Assembly (NCBI RefSeq): GCF_009914755.1
Contig: NC_060926.1
DNA: 64,000 bases
Reading direction: 5' to 3' (one strand)
DNA from: the human T2T-CHM13v2.0 reference genome, Homo sapiens
Each line of letters begins with the position of its first letter. Position 1 is the first letter of the stretch. The position numbers and the translations under genes were made by a program. Positions 35,598-52,068 of the stretch are shown here, piece by piece. Under the pieces are notes generated by a model. That model was not told where the DNA came from. It searched no databases and saw only the letters and a list, made by a program, of their open reading frames with translations.

Positions 35598-37829
35598 GGC
35601 ACCATCTCAGCAGTGCATTCTAACCCAATTTTGAAATCTTCTTCTGCATGAACTGGGAGTCACTGAGTCTCCAAACATGTCCACCTGGTGTACCGTTTGC
35701 TTCTCCTCCAGGCGTCACTGCTTTCCCTCTTGCCTGTCACAGAAGCTCATCCCAGGGGATTCAAAGGGCGTTTGAATTGATCCAAATTTACTTGCTATCA
35801 TAAGTCCTTTTTCCAGCTCCAGGAAAGACCCCATTAAAAATAATTTCATAAATTTGGTTTCTTTTGATACTGGCTTCTAGGACTTCTCTTCATTTAATAA
35901 TTTTCCCTCTTAACGCTATTCACAAATTTGTGAAGGTCCAACTCTGTGTCCGCCATATCAAGCCCAATCAGTGTTCTCCCCCAGGAAGTTAACTAGCTTC
36001 ATTTTTTTCCTTCCTTGGGGAAAAAAGGAAATGGGACCAGCCTAATCTTTGAACATTGGCACATATTTCAAGACATGACTCTGCCAGTGGTCAGGCAGCC
36101 ATGATGCAGATGCCCTCCTGGATTTATTCTATGAATAGTGATTGTTTTATTCTGCAAATGGGCACCATGTCAGAATTCATCAAAAACCTTGGGTTAGATC
36201 CTCCAATGTGTAACCTCTGTTCACAGAGACCACACTTTATTTCAGGGTCATATTAACTACAATAATCTGATTACACTGGATCCTGGCCTCTCCTTTCTTA
36301 AAAGGACCTCTAGACCCTGAAAACTCCCAGTTATTTCCACAGACTCTCTCATCAGGGCTTATTAACAAATCCTTCTGGCTACCACATAGCACTTGCTATT
36401 TCCTTTACCCTTCTCTAGCCTTCTTTAATGAGGCCTGTGTAGTTCTCTGCCCCAGCTACCCACCAATGAGCTGCCACCCTCAAGACTCTCTGACCATAAG
36501 AGTAAGAAGAAATTGGGGGCATTATCCATATTCCTCTTTTGTGACCCTCTTTGCACCCCAGTGTCTGAGTCTTTCAGTGAAATAGTGCCTTCCATTTCTG
36601 TCTGCAGCCGCTTTCTCCTCAGGGCTCACACGGGGGTCGCCACAGAAGTTAATTTCTATTCTTCTTCATAGCCTTCTTCTTTCTCATCATTCACCAACTC
36701 CCATAAGTTCTAAAATCAGCCCTTTGGACATGAGACTTGTATTTTACTTTAAAGCTTTTTCTATGTTAAGCTGCTTCTTCACGAGGAGAGGAAATTGAAA
36801 CACTATGACAATAATAGGAAGAAGAAGAGAAATCTCTAGGATCCAAGTAATCCTTCTAATAGCAATACATTAATCTTGTCTGGCCATTTGAAAGTTTTCG
36901 GTTCTGGTTTGAGGATAATGTTTGGCAAATAATTTAAGAAATCGACTGGACGAAGCCTTCATGAATGATCCATGTTCTCTTTAGATACAAAATTAACACA
37001 GAGCTGTATTGTGGAGATAAAGGGCAGGAAGCCATGGTGGTAATCAGTGGACATAGGAAGTGACTCTCTGAGGAAGAATATAATTATGTAGGAATAGCAA
37101 CAACAAGACGTCTCTGCCCGTGATTATAATTGAGTTCCCTCCACTTGCCAAAATACAGAGTGTTGTCAGAAGGAAAGTAGGCTGGACAGGCATGAGCTAC
37201 AGGGATTTCTGGAAAGTGAGAGGTGGAGAAATTGCAGTTCAGACAGCTAGGGAGGCTTGGTTCAGGCTGGGGGTGCCTGTGTAGTAAGACAGTTACGGTT
37301 CTTCAGGTTAGCAACAGTAAGAGCAGGGCCTGAGGGCTTGCTCTGTCCCTGGGCTGACCTAAGGGCTCTCCCTGTCCCTGGTGGTGGGAGTAGGTAGAAT
37401 GGACAAGGTATCAGAGCATCCATGGTCTTCCCCAACTGGGATGCCAAAAGGTTCTATGTGGCCTGCTGTGGGTTGGCGTCAGGTACTTTCGTGAGGATGC
37501 ATCATTTCCTGCACTCACGAGGAACAAATAGTTTGCCTTTCATGCTCCTTCTTTCTCTAGCATTGCTTTTAGATGACCCTTTTTACTCAAATTTCTATCT
37601 CATCATGCCCTTACTTTTGGCAAAAACTCGACTGAATGTGTGTTTGCCTGAACAATGGATGACACAATGCCATTTAGAGCAGTTTCCAAAGGTGGCAATC
37701 ATAATTTAATGCTTCTTAGTTACTGTGGAAATATAGGGCTTTATCTCTGCTTGATAGAAGGTTAGAGCCTAAAGGAATCTTAGAGATCATCTTCTTCTGT
37801 TTGATGCCCTGTAGTTTAAAGTTTATCAA

Positions 37830-39099
37830 TCCAACCATTATTTATTGACTTTCTACCATGTGCCAGGTAATATGCCAGATGTTGGGGACAGAGATAAACA
37901 AGACAGAAATAATTCCTCCACTAATGAGATTTATAGACAACAGGTGAGGGCAAAATAGGGTGCTATGGGATTTCACCAAACCTTGTCTTGGGGGATCAGG
38001 GAAGGTTTCTCAGAGCCAGTGATATATGAGCTAAGACCTGAAGAATGAGAAGTGGCAGCCAAGCAAAGGGAAGACAGGAGGCCACAGCCCAGGAGAAATA
38101 AGTGGCTTTTTAAGGGGAGAGCCAGGACTGTTTCTCAAACCTTCAAACTCCCAGTTCCTTGTTTTTTCTTATTCTGGGCATATCCTAAGCAGTGGAATTA
38201 ACGAGAAGAAATCACATCACCTCCCTTCAATAATTCCATGGTCTAATAGAGAGATTGATACATAAGTTAACACAACACAATAAGTGCCATGATAGCTCCC
38301 AGCACAGGGAGCACCTCAATGCATGCAAGGGTGACACTTAATTCAAGCTGGAGTAGAGAAGGGGAATCAAACACAACTTTCCTGAGGAGGTGACTCTGAA
38401 CCTGAATTTTCAGTAAAAAGTAGGTGGTTACCAGGTAAAGAAACTGAGGAGAGCAATTTAGGTAGATTTTGTTGGGAAGACCCAGAAGCATCTAATCCCA
38501 TGGCATATTTAAGGAATTACGAGTCATTCAATATGACTGGAGTGTACATGTCTGTGAAAAAGGGGAGGGAATTAAGGAATGGAACTGGCAGGCAAAAGCC
38601 ACATTCGGGAGGATTTGCAGTGGATTGTGTTAAACAGTTAGAAGTTATCCTTGAGACAGTAGGAGCTAATGGATGACTTAATTTGGGGCTAATCAGATTT
38701 ACATCCCTGAAAGAGCATCTTATCAATAATATGGAGAATGTATGGGAAAGGGTAAGTTTAGGAGCGAGGAGACTAGAGCAAGAGCCACTGGAGGAATTCT
38801 AACTTGAGACTGTGGTTGTCTGAGTTAAAGCAGTGGGGATGATGGGAAGTGGAGGGTTTTGAGAAATACTTAAGGGTGGAATTAAGGTGACCAGCTTGTC
38901 CCAGTTTGTCTTGGATTTTCCTTTTTTTAGCACTGAAAATCCAAAATGCTGGGAACCCTTCAGTCCTGGGCAAACTGGAATGATTAGTCATCCTCGTGAA
39001 ATCAACCGAACCCCCAAGAGAGACGGAGAGGTAGAAAGCAAAGTCAAAGATGACTTACTTCTAGGACTTTAAATTGGAAACCTTGACCAATGGTGGCAC

Positions 39100-39100
<1 letters not shown>
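37830..39100 (-). mobile_element. L2 fragments
   Basis: ttatttattgactttctaccatgtgccagg, ggaaggtttctcagag...gagctaagacctgaagaatgag, gtcaaagatgact. Confidence 0.7.
38884..38994. mobile_element. MER81-like hAT MITE inside L2
   Basis: aggtgacca...tagtcatcct inverted ends; internal ttttagcactgaaa and cagtcctgggcaaactgg. Confidence 0.75.
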
Positions 39101-41060
<1,960 letters not shown>

Positions 41061-42111
41061 TGTCCTAGATAGTAAAGGAGAAGATCAATTGCCAGTGATG
41101 GTCAATTATAAGCTAGTTGAAAAAAGTGATGTGAGGCAATAGGGACACAATTAGACTTTCTGGTTTATAAGAGCATAAACTTGAAACAATGCTTTATCTT
41201 TCACTCAGCTCTACCAGAAGTGCCTCATTACACACCCTCATTCTCAGGACCAAATCTATTTTGATTAACTTTTAACTAAGAAAAAGAGCTGTCAACATGA
41301 ATCCTTAAAATTATTTGTGTCTCTAAAAGACAGCTGAACTGTAGTAAATATTTAATACTAAAAGCACAAAATGGACAAATGTTCAAATTAATAAATTTTT
41401 CTTCTGACTCCCATTAAAGAAAATAATAAATCCAGAATTTATGAAGCAAGTTTTGTTTAAGCATCCTTCAAAAATACACTGTAGATGCTTTACTTTATTT
41501 TTCTAAATTTTGCATTTTAGAAACTTTTAAAACTATAGAAATAGTGAAAGAATAGTGTAATGAACTCCTACATATTTTTAATTTACACTTATTCATTATT
41601 AATATTTTGTCACCATTACTTATTTACCTATGTCATCTATCTACAGATATATATATTTCTGGCCAAATTGTTTGAAAGTTGAGTGCAGACATCAGAACAG
41701 TTCATATCTAAATACTTCAACCCATATCTCATAAGAACAAAGCCATTCTTACACATGTGCTATCTTTACTAGGTATTTTTCAAGATTGTTGAAAGGATAG
41801 AATGATATAATATGTTTAAAAGTACCTTTCAATAAAGTTTACTTTATTAAACTTTAGGAGCTCAACCACTACAAACATTATTCTGAGCTTTATAGACCCC
41901 AGTTTACCTTATCAGCAAACTGTTTTTAAGTCTCACATAATTTTCTTACTGCTTGATGATTTTATTTTTAACTCTGAAAAACCTTGACTTTATTCTGAGT
42001 ATAGTGTGACAGATATAAACATTGTCATATTTCAAGTAACACATCAATTGTCTCAGCATCTCTTACACAATATTCCTCCCTTTCTTTTGACCCTGAATTA
42101 TAGCAGTCTCT

Positions 42112-42150
<39 letters not shown>
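42112..42150. repeat. (GC)n(AC)n microsatellite
   Basis: Directly visible alternating purine-pyrimidine tract. Confidence 0.93.
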
Positions 42151-42159
42151 AAACTCCTC

Positions 42160-43140
42160 ACTTGACATGGTTCCGATATGCATGGATTTTAGTTACCATG
42201 GTTTGATTAAATGACACCAGTCTCCTAACAACATAATTAAATTTCAGTTATCATGGTATATCGTGAGTGCTTGTATAAGGTACAAGTTTCAGCCCACAAA
42301 TGACTACATTAAAAAAAAATGTGCATCATCATCCATGATCAGCAACATTCTTTTAAATTCTGTCTATGACTAGTCACTGTGCAACTGTTATTCAGTCTAT
42401 GTACACACAGAAAAGTGTGAAGTTTTAGTCCCTCCTTGTCTCACAATGATAAATACGTGATGTTTTACAAAAGATGAATAATAAAAAGAAGAAATTCGCC
42501 AGCAAAACTGAAAGCGCAACAAAGAAAGTGATAAACTAGAAGTAGAGGTAGAATTGAACATAAATGGAGTTATAAAAGAAATAAATGACCATAAAAATGT
42601 TGACACTGCTGTCATTGGAGAAATTCTAGATAAGTAGCCAGAAGGAACTTAGTAAAAGTCTACTTAATGGTGTAAATAAGGAAAGTGGTTCTGACGAAAA
42701 GAATGAAGATGTCCTTGAGGAAGCGCTGCCAGGAATAAACTCAGCATTAAAAGAATTCTCAGAGACATTTTACAGCATTGAAAGTGCAAAGGGTAAAATA
42801 ATGTAAACGGATCCAAACTTAAGAAGGAATATGACAAGTTGCCAAGATATAGAAGTGAAGCTTGCTTCCTATCATAAGATATACCATGAGAAGAAGGTAA
42901 GCAATGTTAAAATGACTCTTGGTGAGTTTTTTTGCAGATAAATGTAGCGCTTTAATTATCAATGTTTCTAAAATTTCAGCGTGCTAAATAAACATTAGTT
43001 TTGCCATTTTCCGCATTTTTCTATGCATTTGTAACTAACCACAGGATAATTTTTTAAAAATTTATGAAAGATTATAATTTTCCTATTGATTATTAAAATT
43101 GTTATGCATGGTATTGGCTTGCATGGTCATTTTCACAGTT
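42160..43140. mobile_element. Old Tigger-like DNA transposon remnant
   Basis: Tigger-type 3' motifs (ttaaaagaattctcagagacatttt...gatccaaactt...ccatgagaagaag). Family assignment is uncertain. Confidence 0.45.
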
Positions 43141-43437
43141 TCTTTTCTGTTTAATTCAGACATCTGTATTTTATTTTAGTGTTGCCAAAAGTATACTGTC
43201 TTGAGTATCATAGCTTTTAAAATCTGTTTTATCATGTGTCAGAGCATGCTCTCCACCCTTATTATTCTTACTATTAAAAATTCTTTACTATTCTCTCTCT
43301 TTAGGTAAATTTCAAACTAATTTTGTCAAATTCCAGCTCCCATGGAGGTTTGATTAAAATTACGTTAAATACAATACTCATTTGGAAAAATTATTGTGTT
43401 TATAATACTGCCTCCTCCCTTCAAGAATATAATTGTC

Positions 43438-43874
<437 letters not shown>

Positions 43875-43969
43875 TCATGCTCTGCATGGCTGTAGCCCTT
43901 GTGGTTGGTGGCACCTTGGAGCTCCTGGGCACGAAGCAGCTCATGCTGCAGAGATTGGCAGTTGTCTTC

Positions 43970-46845
43970 AGAGGGGACAAAATGGCTCACTAGATGCATC
44001 CAGGAAGCACTGCTTCCACTGAGAGAGACCAAAGTATTGCACATACTTTGAGCAGACCTTCAGAGAGAAAACACCAACAGCTATTGGAAAGGTGATACAG
44101 ACACTGAGGGTGAAGAGGGAAAAAGCTAGGAACCCTGTGCAGGATACATGAATGCTAGGGCTAGTTCATGGCCCTGAATGGATCATGTGGAAGGAGTGAG
44201 TAGAGAAACAGAGGGACAGCTTACTTTCACCATGGCCCTCTGTGATCTTAGCTATAGGGGACCCCACATGCCCCATGGATGTTTGAATTGGCAGGGGAAT
44301 CTTCCCTGAGAGTAGGCAGAGACAGGGCTTCAACTGGAGCAGAGCCTAGGGGCTTTTGTGCCTGGGGCAGCTGCAGTGGAGTACAGCCATAGGCGCCCAT
44401 AGGGCTCTCTATCTTCTTCCAAGTAACTCTAGCCCCAGCTGACCACCAGATCAGGAGAGAACAGGGCTGGTGCTTCCCAATGGGACTGGGTTGCATCTTT
44501 TCTGCAGACCCACCTGCCTGCCAGCCCTTCCCAGGATCCCTGCCTGGCCATTCTGCAGGAGTATGCACACAGCACAGCCTCTGCTGCTTAGCCTGGATCC
44601 TTTGCCCCATCTAAGTAGTTTCCCAGTGGCCTGGGAGCACATCAGATCCCCCAGCACAGCTGGAACCCAACCCAAGGGTCCAGGGGATGAAGCTGCTGGC
44701 TGGTCCCTGTATCCTGGGGTTGTGGTACAGAGCTCGAGAGTGTTGAGCTGAGATCTGTGGCTGGTACTGGAGCTGGGGAGGAGTCCTCATACTCAGAGCA
44801 CTGAAAGGGGTGATAAGACATATCGGTTCATGGGTTGGTGTGGGAGCAGGGTGTTCCTCCCTCCACAGGGCCAGTTTGGAAAGAATGTGGCCTATCGCCC
44901 TGCCATAGCCTCTGCCTGAGGGAGTCTCGTGGCCCAGAACACCTAATAAAGGAAATAAAGACAGAACACCAGTGATCAGAGAGGTCTCCCCCAAGGCCTA
45001 GAAATGGACCCGGTGAGGGAGTCAGCTCTCCCTCCTCCACCACAGAGGACAGCTGCAAATGTGAGGAAATACAATAAAGCCCTGCAGATAAGCACTTATC
45101 TTCTGGCTATAATTCTTTAGTGCCATCTACTGAATCACAGCCTAAACTACAACTGCAAAAATATTCTGTCACTTTGAAACCAAGGACAAGAATCCAGCCG
45201 CAAATAAAGATAGTATACAGAGTCTTGGCCCTCTGAAAGCACCCAGAAATGAAGCCAATTGACTATATTCAACTTACACAACAGTTAAAGGAACATAAGT
45301 CCTTTCAGATGAGAAAGAATCAACACAAGAATTCTGACAATTCAAAAAGCTAGAATGTCCACTTATCTCCAAACAAACCCACTGGCTCCCAAACAATGAT
45401 TCTTAAACAGACTAAAATGACTGAAATGACAGATGTAGAATTCAGAATCTGGATGTCAAGGAATCTCATCAAGCTTAGGGAGAAAGTTGAAACCTAATCC
45501 AAGGAATCCAGTAAAATAGTCAAAGAGCTGAAAGATAAAATAGTAATTTTAAGAAAGAGCCAAACTGAACTTCTGGAACCAAAAAATTCATTACAAGAAT
45601 TTCATAATACAATTGGAAGTATTAACAGCATAATACCTAACAAAGGAAATGCAGACACAACACCAGTGTCATGCAGCTGAGAAACAGCATGAGACCAAGC
45701 TGAGGAATCTCAGAGCTTGAAGAAAAGTTCTTCATATCAAGTCAGTCAGATAAAAATAAGGGAAAAAAAAGGATTTAAAAATTAATACAACTTCTGAGAA
45801 ATATGGGATTATGTAAAGACATCAAACTTACCACTCACTGGAATTCCTGAGAGGAGAGAGAGTAAGCAACTTGGAAAATATATTTAAAGACATAGTCCAT
45901 GAAAATTTTCCTAAATAAGCTAGAGAGGTTGACATGAAAATTCAAGAAATACAGAGAACTCCTGCTAGGTATCATTCAAAACACCATCCCCAAGGCACAT
46001 ATTTGTCAGATTCACTGAGGTCAACATGAAATAATCTAAAAGGCAGCTAGAGAGAAGAGTCAGTTCATGTATCAGGCCAGCAGCAGACATATCAGCAAAA
46101 ACCTTATAAGTCAGGAGAGGTTGAAAGCCTATTTTCAGCATCCTTAAAGAAAAAGAAATTCCAACCAAGAATTCACTACCCTGCCATATTAAGCTTCATA
46201 AGCAAACAAAAAATAAAATCCTTTTCAGACAAGCAAGCACTGAGGGAACTCATTACAACTAGACCAGCTTTACTTATGGCCAGGTGTGGTGGCTCATGCC
46301 TGTCATCCCAGCACTTTGAGAGGCCGAGGCAGGCAGATCATGAGCTCAGGAGATTGAGACCATCCTGGCTAACACAGTGAAACTCCATCTCTACTAAAAA
46401 AAGAAAATACAAAAAATTAGCCTCATGGTGGCACACGCCTGTAGTCCCAGTTACTCAGGAGGCTGAGGCAGGAGAATCGTTTGAACCCAGGAGGCGGAGG
46501 TTGCAGTGAGCCAAGATTGATCACGCCACTGCACTCCAGCCTGGGCGACAGAGCGAGAATCTGTCTTAAAAAAAAAAAAGTACTTAAAGGAGACCTAATA
46601 TGAAAACGAAAGAAAGACAGCTGCTATCACAAGAACACAGTTAAATACATAGCCCACAGACACTATAAAGCAACTAAACGGTCACGTCTGCAAAATAACC
46701 AGCTAACAACAGATGGCAGGATCAAAATCTCACATATCAATACTAACCCTGCATATAAATAGTCTCAACGGCCCACTTAAAAGACAGGGTGGCAAACTGC
46801 TATCTTTAAGTGGCAAGTTTGCTATCTTCAAGAGACCCATCTCAA
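43970..46845 (+). mobile_element. L1PA15/16-like 5' half (5'UTR, ORF1, start of ORF2), no 3' end
   Basis: 5' end gaggggacaaaatggc. ORF1 remnants. ORF2 start MAGSKSHISILTLHINSLNGPLKR (46713). Stops abruptly at agagacccatctca. Confidence 0.85.
46278..46579 (+). mobile_element. AluS (Sc-like) inside L1 ORF1
   Basis: gagaccatcctggctaacac; full dimer with poly(A). Confidence 0.92.
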
Positions 46846-46949
46846 TGTTAGATAGGTCTCAACAGAGCAGATTCCCTTTTAATTCATCCACAAAATTATG
46901 TAATTTGAAGTTATGTTTTCTACCTTCAGAAATTCTTTTTTGTTTTTCA

Positions 46950-48600
46950 TTTCAATTTCCTTTCGTACTCTATTATTTTTTAATGAGGTTTTTACTCGTG
47001 TCTTCCTGTTATTCTTATTTTACTTGCATATCTTCTTTGATCCTCGGTTGCCCTTTTCTGTCTTCTTTCGGGTTAATTGAAAAAAATTTAATATACCACT
47101 TAATTTCTTCTATTTGCTTCTTGCTATGACTCTTTTTATTATTTTTAGGGGTTGCTTTAGGACTAACAACATGTATCCTAATTTATCAAAGTTTACTTAG
47201 AGTTAATATTGTAAGACCTGACTTCACACTTCATGGATACTTCTTACTTTCTGCTTTCCCTTTCAAAAATGTAACGACATTACAACGGTACAATATTATT
47301 CATTCATATTCATTTATTCATTCATATTCATTCTATCGTTTGTGCTATTATATTTTTTTCTTCACTTATTTTTAAACCCCACCTACTTTACAATGTTTGT
47401 CTTTTTGTTTTGTCTTGTTTTGCTTTAAACACCAGTTGTCCTATAAGAAAATTATGAAAAGAGAAAAATTAGATTATATTTATATTTACTCACTTCCTGC
47501 TTCTGGTATTCTGCATTTCTTCCTTTAAATCTGAGTTTCTGTCTGGTATTATTTCCCTTCAGCCTGAGAAACATTCTTTAGCACTTTGCATAGTGTAGAC
47601 TTGCTGATGACAAATTTTCTTCATTTTTATCTCTTTGAAAATTATTTTTATTTTTATACTTGCCTTTAAGAATATGTTTACTAGACATGGAATTCTGGGT
47701 AGGCTATTTAAGAATTTTAAATACAGCATTCTTTTGTCTTTTGGCCTCCATTGTTTTTTATGATAAGTCTGTAGTAATTTTTACTTTTAATTCCCAGCAG
47801 GTGATCTCTGGTTCCTTTCAGTTTACTCATCAACTTTTATTTTTTTGTAAGTGATTAGACTACAATATATCTTGATGTTGCTTTCTTTGCATCTATACTG
47901 CCTGGAGTTCACTAAGCTTACTGTATTGAAGTCAATGTTTTTCATCAAGTTTGAAAAATATTTTGTCATTATGTCTTCAATTATTTTTCATTGCCTCATG
48001 CTCACTCTATGTTTTTCTGGGAGTCCAACATTAGTTACATTAGTCTGATATTGTCTTAAAGGTCCCTGAGACTCTGGTCATTTGTCTTTAGTCTTCTTTT
48101 TTTCTCTGATTTGATCATTTATATTGGTCTTCAAGTTCACTGACCCTTTCTTATGATTTTTCTAAACTGCTGTTAAGCCCAGTGAGCGATTTTTAAATGT
48201 TATTTATTGTACTTCTCAGTTCTAGAATTTTGATTTGGTTGTTTTCTGAAAAATAAATTATATTTCTCTTCTGAGATCCCTTGTCTGTTCACTCATCAAG
48301 ACTGTATTTTTCTCTAAGTCCTTCAAGATATTTTAAGAAGACATTTTAACGTCTTTGATAAGTCCAACCTCAGGCTCACTTTTGAGACTCTTTCTATTGG
48401 CTTTTATCCTCTTGACTCTGGATGACATTTTCTTATTTCTTAGCATGTCTGGTAATTTTTTGTTTATAATTTATAATACTGGATATTATAAATAATACAT
48501 TGTAGAGTCTCTGCTGTTCCTATGAAGAACGTTATTTTTGTTCTAGCTGTCAGTTGGATTGATTGGTCATTTTGAATTTGTATTGTTTGGTTTTATGCTT
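46950..48600 (-). mobile_element. Old L1M ORF1/inter-ORF remnant
   Basis: ttggcctccattgttttttatgataagtctg, tttttcatcaagtttgaaaaa, aaactgctgttaagccc. Confidence 0.65.
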
Positions 48601-48753
48601 TTTAAGGGCAAATCTCTGACATTTCTAAGGTGTTTTCCAAGCTCATATTACTGGTGGAGACTCAGCCTTCAAAACCCACTTTTTATGTGGATCTTGTCAA
48701 AGCTTGATTTTAGAAGTCGCTAGGACAGGACTAGTCTTGGTCTTACACTAGGG

Positions 48754-48956
48754 CAAGGGTCAGCAAACCATGGTCTATTGACAAACTATGAGCCACTGCC
48801 TTTTTTGTAAAATGTATTAGAACAAGCCCTTTTTTCATATTTTATATAGCTGCTTTCACACTAAAACGGCAGAATTGAGTAGCTGCAACAGAGACTGACC
48901 CTCAAAAGCTAAAATACTATTATTAGATCCTTTATGGAAAAAGTTTGCCACCCCTG
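48754..48956 (+). mobile_element. MER58A-like hAT MITE
   Basis: caagggtcagcaaac...gaattgagtagctgcaacagagac...aaaagtttgccacccctg. Confidence 0.82.
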
Positions 48957-49569
48957 CTTTATGGCATGGTTGTATTGTCATGGTTGAATGTGAAAACTCC
49001 ACTGGATATATCTTCCCACGCCCCCCTCCTCGTTTTCCCTCTCTTTGGCTCCTCTGTCCCATTAGGTGGGTAGGCTCACCAGGGCTCAGGGCTAGCCACT
49101 AGAAAACCCTATACCACAAGAATTCTGTAGCTTCTGGAAGGTCTGCTCTGTAGAAGCAGATTGTCAGCGCTCTGCTGAGGAAGCTTCCCTGCTCCCTGGT
49201 CTCTATGTATTCTTGAGGCCTCTGAGGCAAGAAGACTCAGTCCATGCAGATCCATCTTAGTCTTTTATGAGTTGTGTGACCAGTATGCTCATGTGAGGAC
49301 AAGGTCAAATCTCTCTCCCTACTCCAGGTCTCTGAGTACCAAGTTTTTTCCAAGATCCTCTGCTTTCTGATTCTCATCTCATGGTTGTGATGCTCTTGGG
49401 GAGAAGACACACACAGTTCTCTTTGCTGAGATTCCCAAAAGTGTCTAAATTCTTATACTCAGTACCTGTTGGTTTGAGCAGCCCTTTGGCTCAAGACAAG
49501 AAAATAGCTTAGAATTGGAAATTAGGAAGAAAATAAATTATTTTCAGTTCTCCTTGTTTGCAGAATCTT

Positions 49570-49572
49570 CAT

Positions 49573-49603
<31 letters not shown>

Positions 49604-49830
49604 TTATTTATTTACTGAGCACCTACTATGTTCCTGGCATTCTTCTAGGCAATAGAAACAAATGGTGAGCCAAACAGGCATGGTACCTGTTTCAAGGAAG
49701 CTAGTGAGAAAGACTGACATTAAACAAATGATCCCATTAATAAATTCATAATTATGAATCATTATAATTGCTTTGAAGGAAGACTCTGGGGTAGCACGAG
49801 AAAGAGCATAGTGGGGAGCTGACTTAGACA
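49570..49830 (-). mobile_element. L2 3' end with (ATTT)n tail
   Basis: (attt)n then tactgagcacctactatgttcctggca. Confidence 0.75.
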
Positions 49831-51691
49831 CAAATGCATGATCATGAACTGATGATTAATGCTTAAATCTCTCAGCTTTCCCACTGTAATTGCTCCCTGA
49901 TAATGTTTTTGAATTAGCAATGTCATTTTCCCCATAGAAGCATCTTCTGCCCTGGCCGTGTCCACTGAGGACATGATATTTTAATATTTAAAACTAGTGA
50001 TAAGGCTCATAAGTTTAAATGTTTCAGAAAATCCAGATTTTTATTCTAAAATGATCTCAGGCTAAAGCCCTGTAATCCTAAACTACTAAGCAGAACGAAA
50101 ACGAGAAGACTGTTTATTACTGATGAAACATTTCCTACAGTGAATAAGCATGAACATACCGAAATTTGTTTACAAGATGTTGCGGTTGTGGTTGGGAGGG
50201 ATAAGGGACAAAGATGGAGGCACAGTTGACTTCTGAATTAATTTCCTGGATAACTAAAGCTCAGTGGTAAACGACTAAGACAAATCATTTCTTTATCTCC
50301 AAAATAAACTAAAGTTAAAGTGATGTTTCTTGACCCAGGTATTCTTGGAACCTTTGCTTTTTTATTGCTGGAAGTGTGGCATGTGACCTTTGTTATTGTG
50401 AAAAAATCTGAGGCCTGAGCAGCCAATGGAACTAAAATAAACAGATTATTAGTGGAGGGAGCAAAGAAACTAAGTTTGGTGATTCTCAATCCAGTATCTT
50501 CCCACTAGGTTTTGAATCCTAGATGCTTAGTCCTGAGTGAAAGTTTTGCTGATCTTTTGCCACAGCTTAGCAGAACCATGTCGTCTTACCAAATCACTAT
50601 TTTCAAAAAGTGTTAGTAGAGAGTTTCTTTTTAATGAGATTAAGATAAAAATTACTGTGAGAAATCCAGTTATCACTAAAATGGAAGACTTTTATGACAT
50701 ATTCTGAGGGAATTAACTTTATTTTTAAAATTTACCATTATTTTGTTTACCTAAGACAAGTGGAAGATTAACACCACACTGACAAGCAATAAGGTTGTCT
50801 GAAATTGATCTATTTTATTTTGGAAAGATTGAGTTGATTTTCTAATAGTTGTTTTTATTGATACCCAGGTGATTTTGTTTATTTTATATTAAGAAAGAAG
50901 TATTTACTAAATATTTAACACTTTCGTGCATTTTACAATTTTTTATGATCTATGCAATGTAAGAGTCCTATTGCTATGTGTTGTGCATATATCACAAATA
51001 AAACTATGTATTATATACGTACACATTATATGTATATATAATATATATGTATAAATCCAGGGTGGAAAAGGCTTATGTAAATATCTGACACACACACACA
51101 AAACACAATGCAGTACAGTTAGACTGCTTTACATAAATGACCATGAAAATATGGGTATCAACACTATTAGCACCCAGCTTTATCTTCTTTGCCATTGTTG
51201 TACAAATATTCAGATTGTCTATTTGGAAAATTAAAAGAAGAAATGGATATTATATATAATATAAGTAGTAAAGAAAATAAAATACATGGGAGAAATTCTG
51301 GAAGGAGATATTTTGATTATGCACATAGTATAAGCACATATATATATATATATATGGTGAAATTATATAGTCACATACCTCACAGTTATTGCAGGTTCAG
51401 TTCTGACCACCTCAATAAAGAGGATATCATAATAAAGCAAGTCATATGAATTTTTTGGTTTCCCAGCATATGTAAAGTATTACATACTTTTTACATACTT
51501 GTAAAAAGTAATTATTGTATTAAATAATTATGTATGCATGTAAAAAGTAAGTAATACTTGTAAAAGTATTGTTGTCTGTTACAAGTGTGCAATAGCATTA
51601 TGTCTGAAGAAACAATATACATATCTTAATTAAAAATACTTTATTGCTAAAAATGCTAACAATCATCTGAGTCTTTAGTGAGTCATAATCT

Positions 51692-52068
<377 letters not shown>

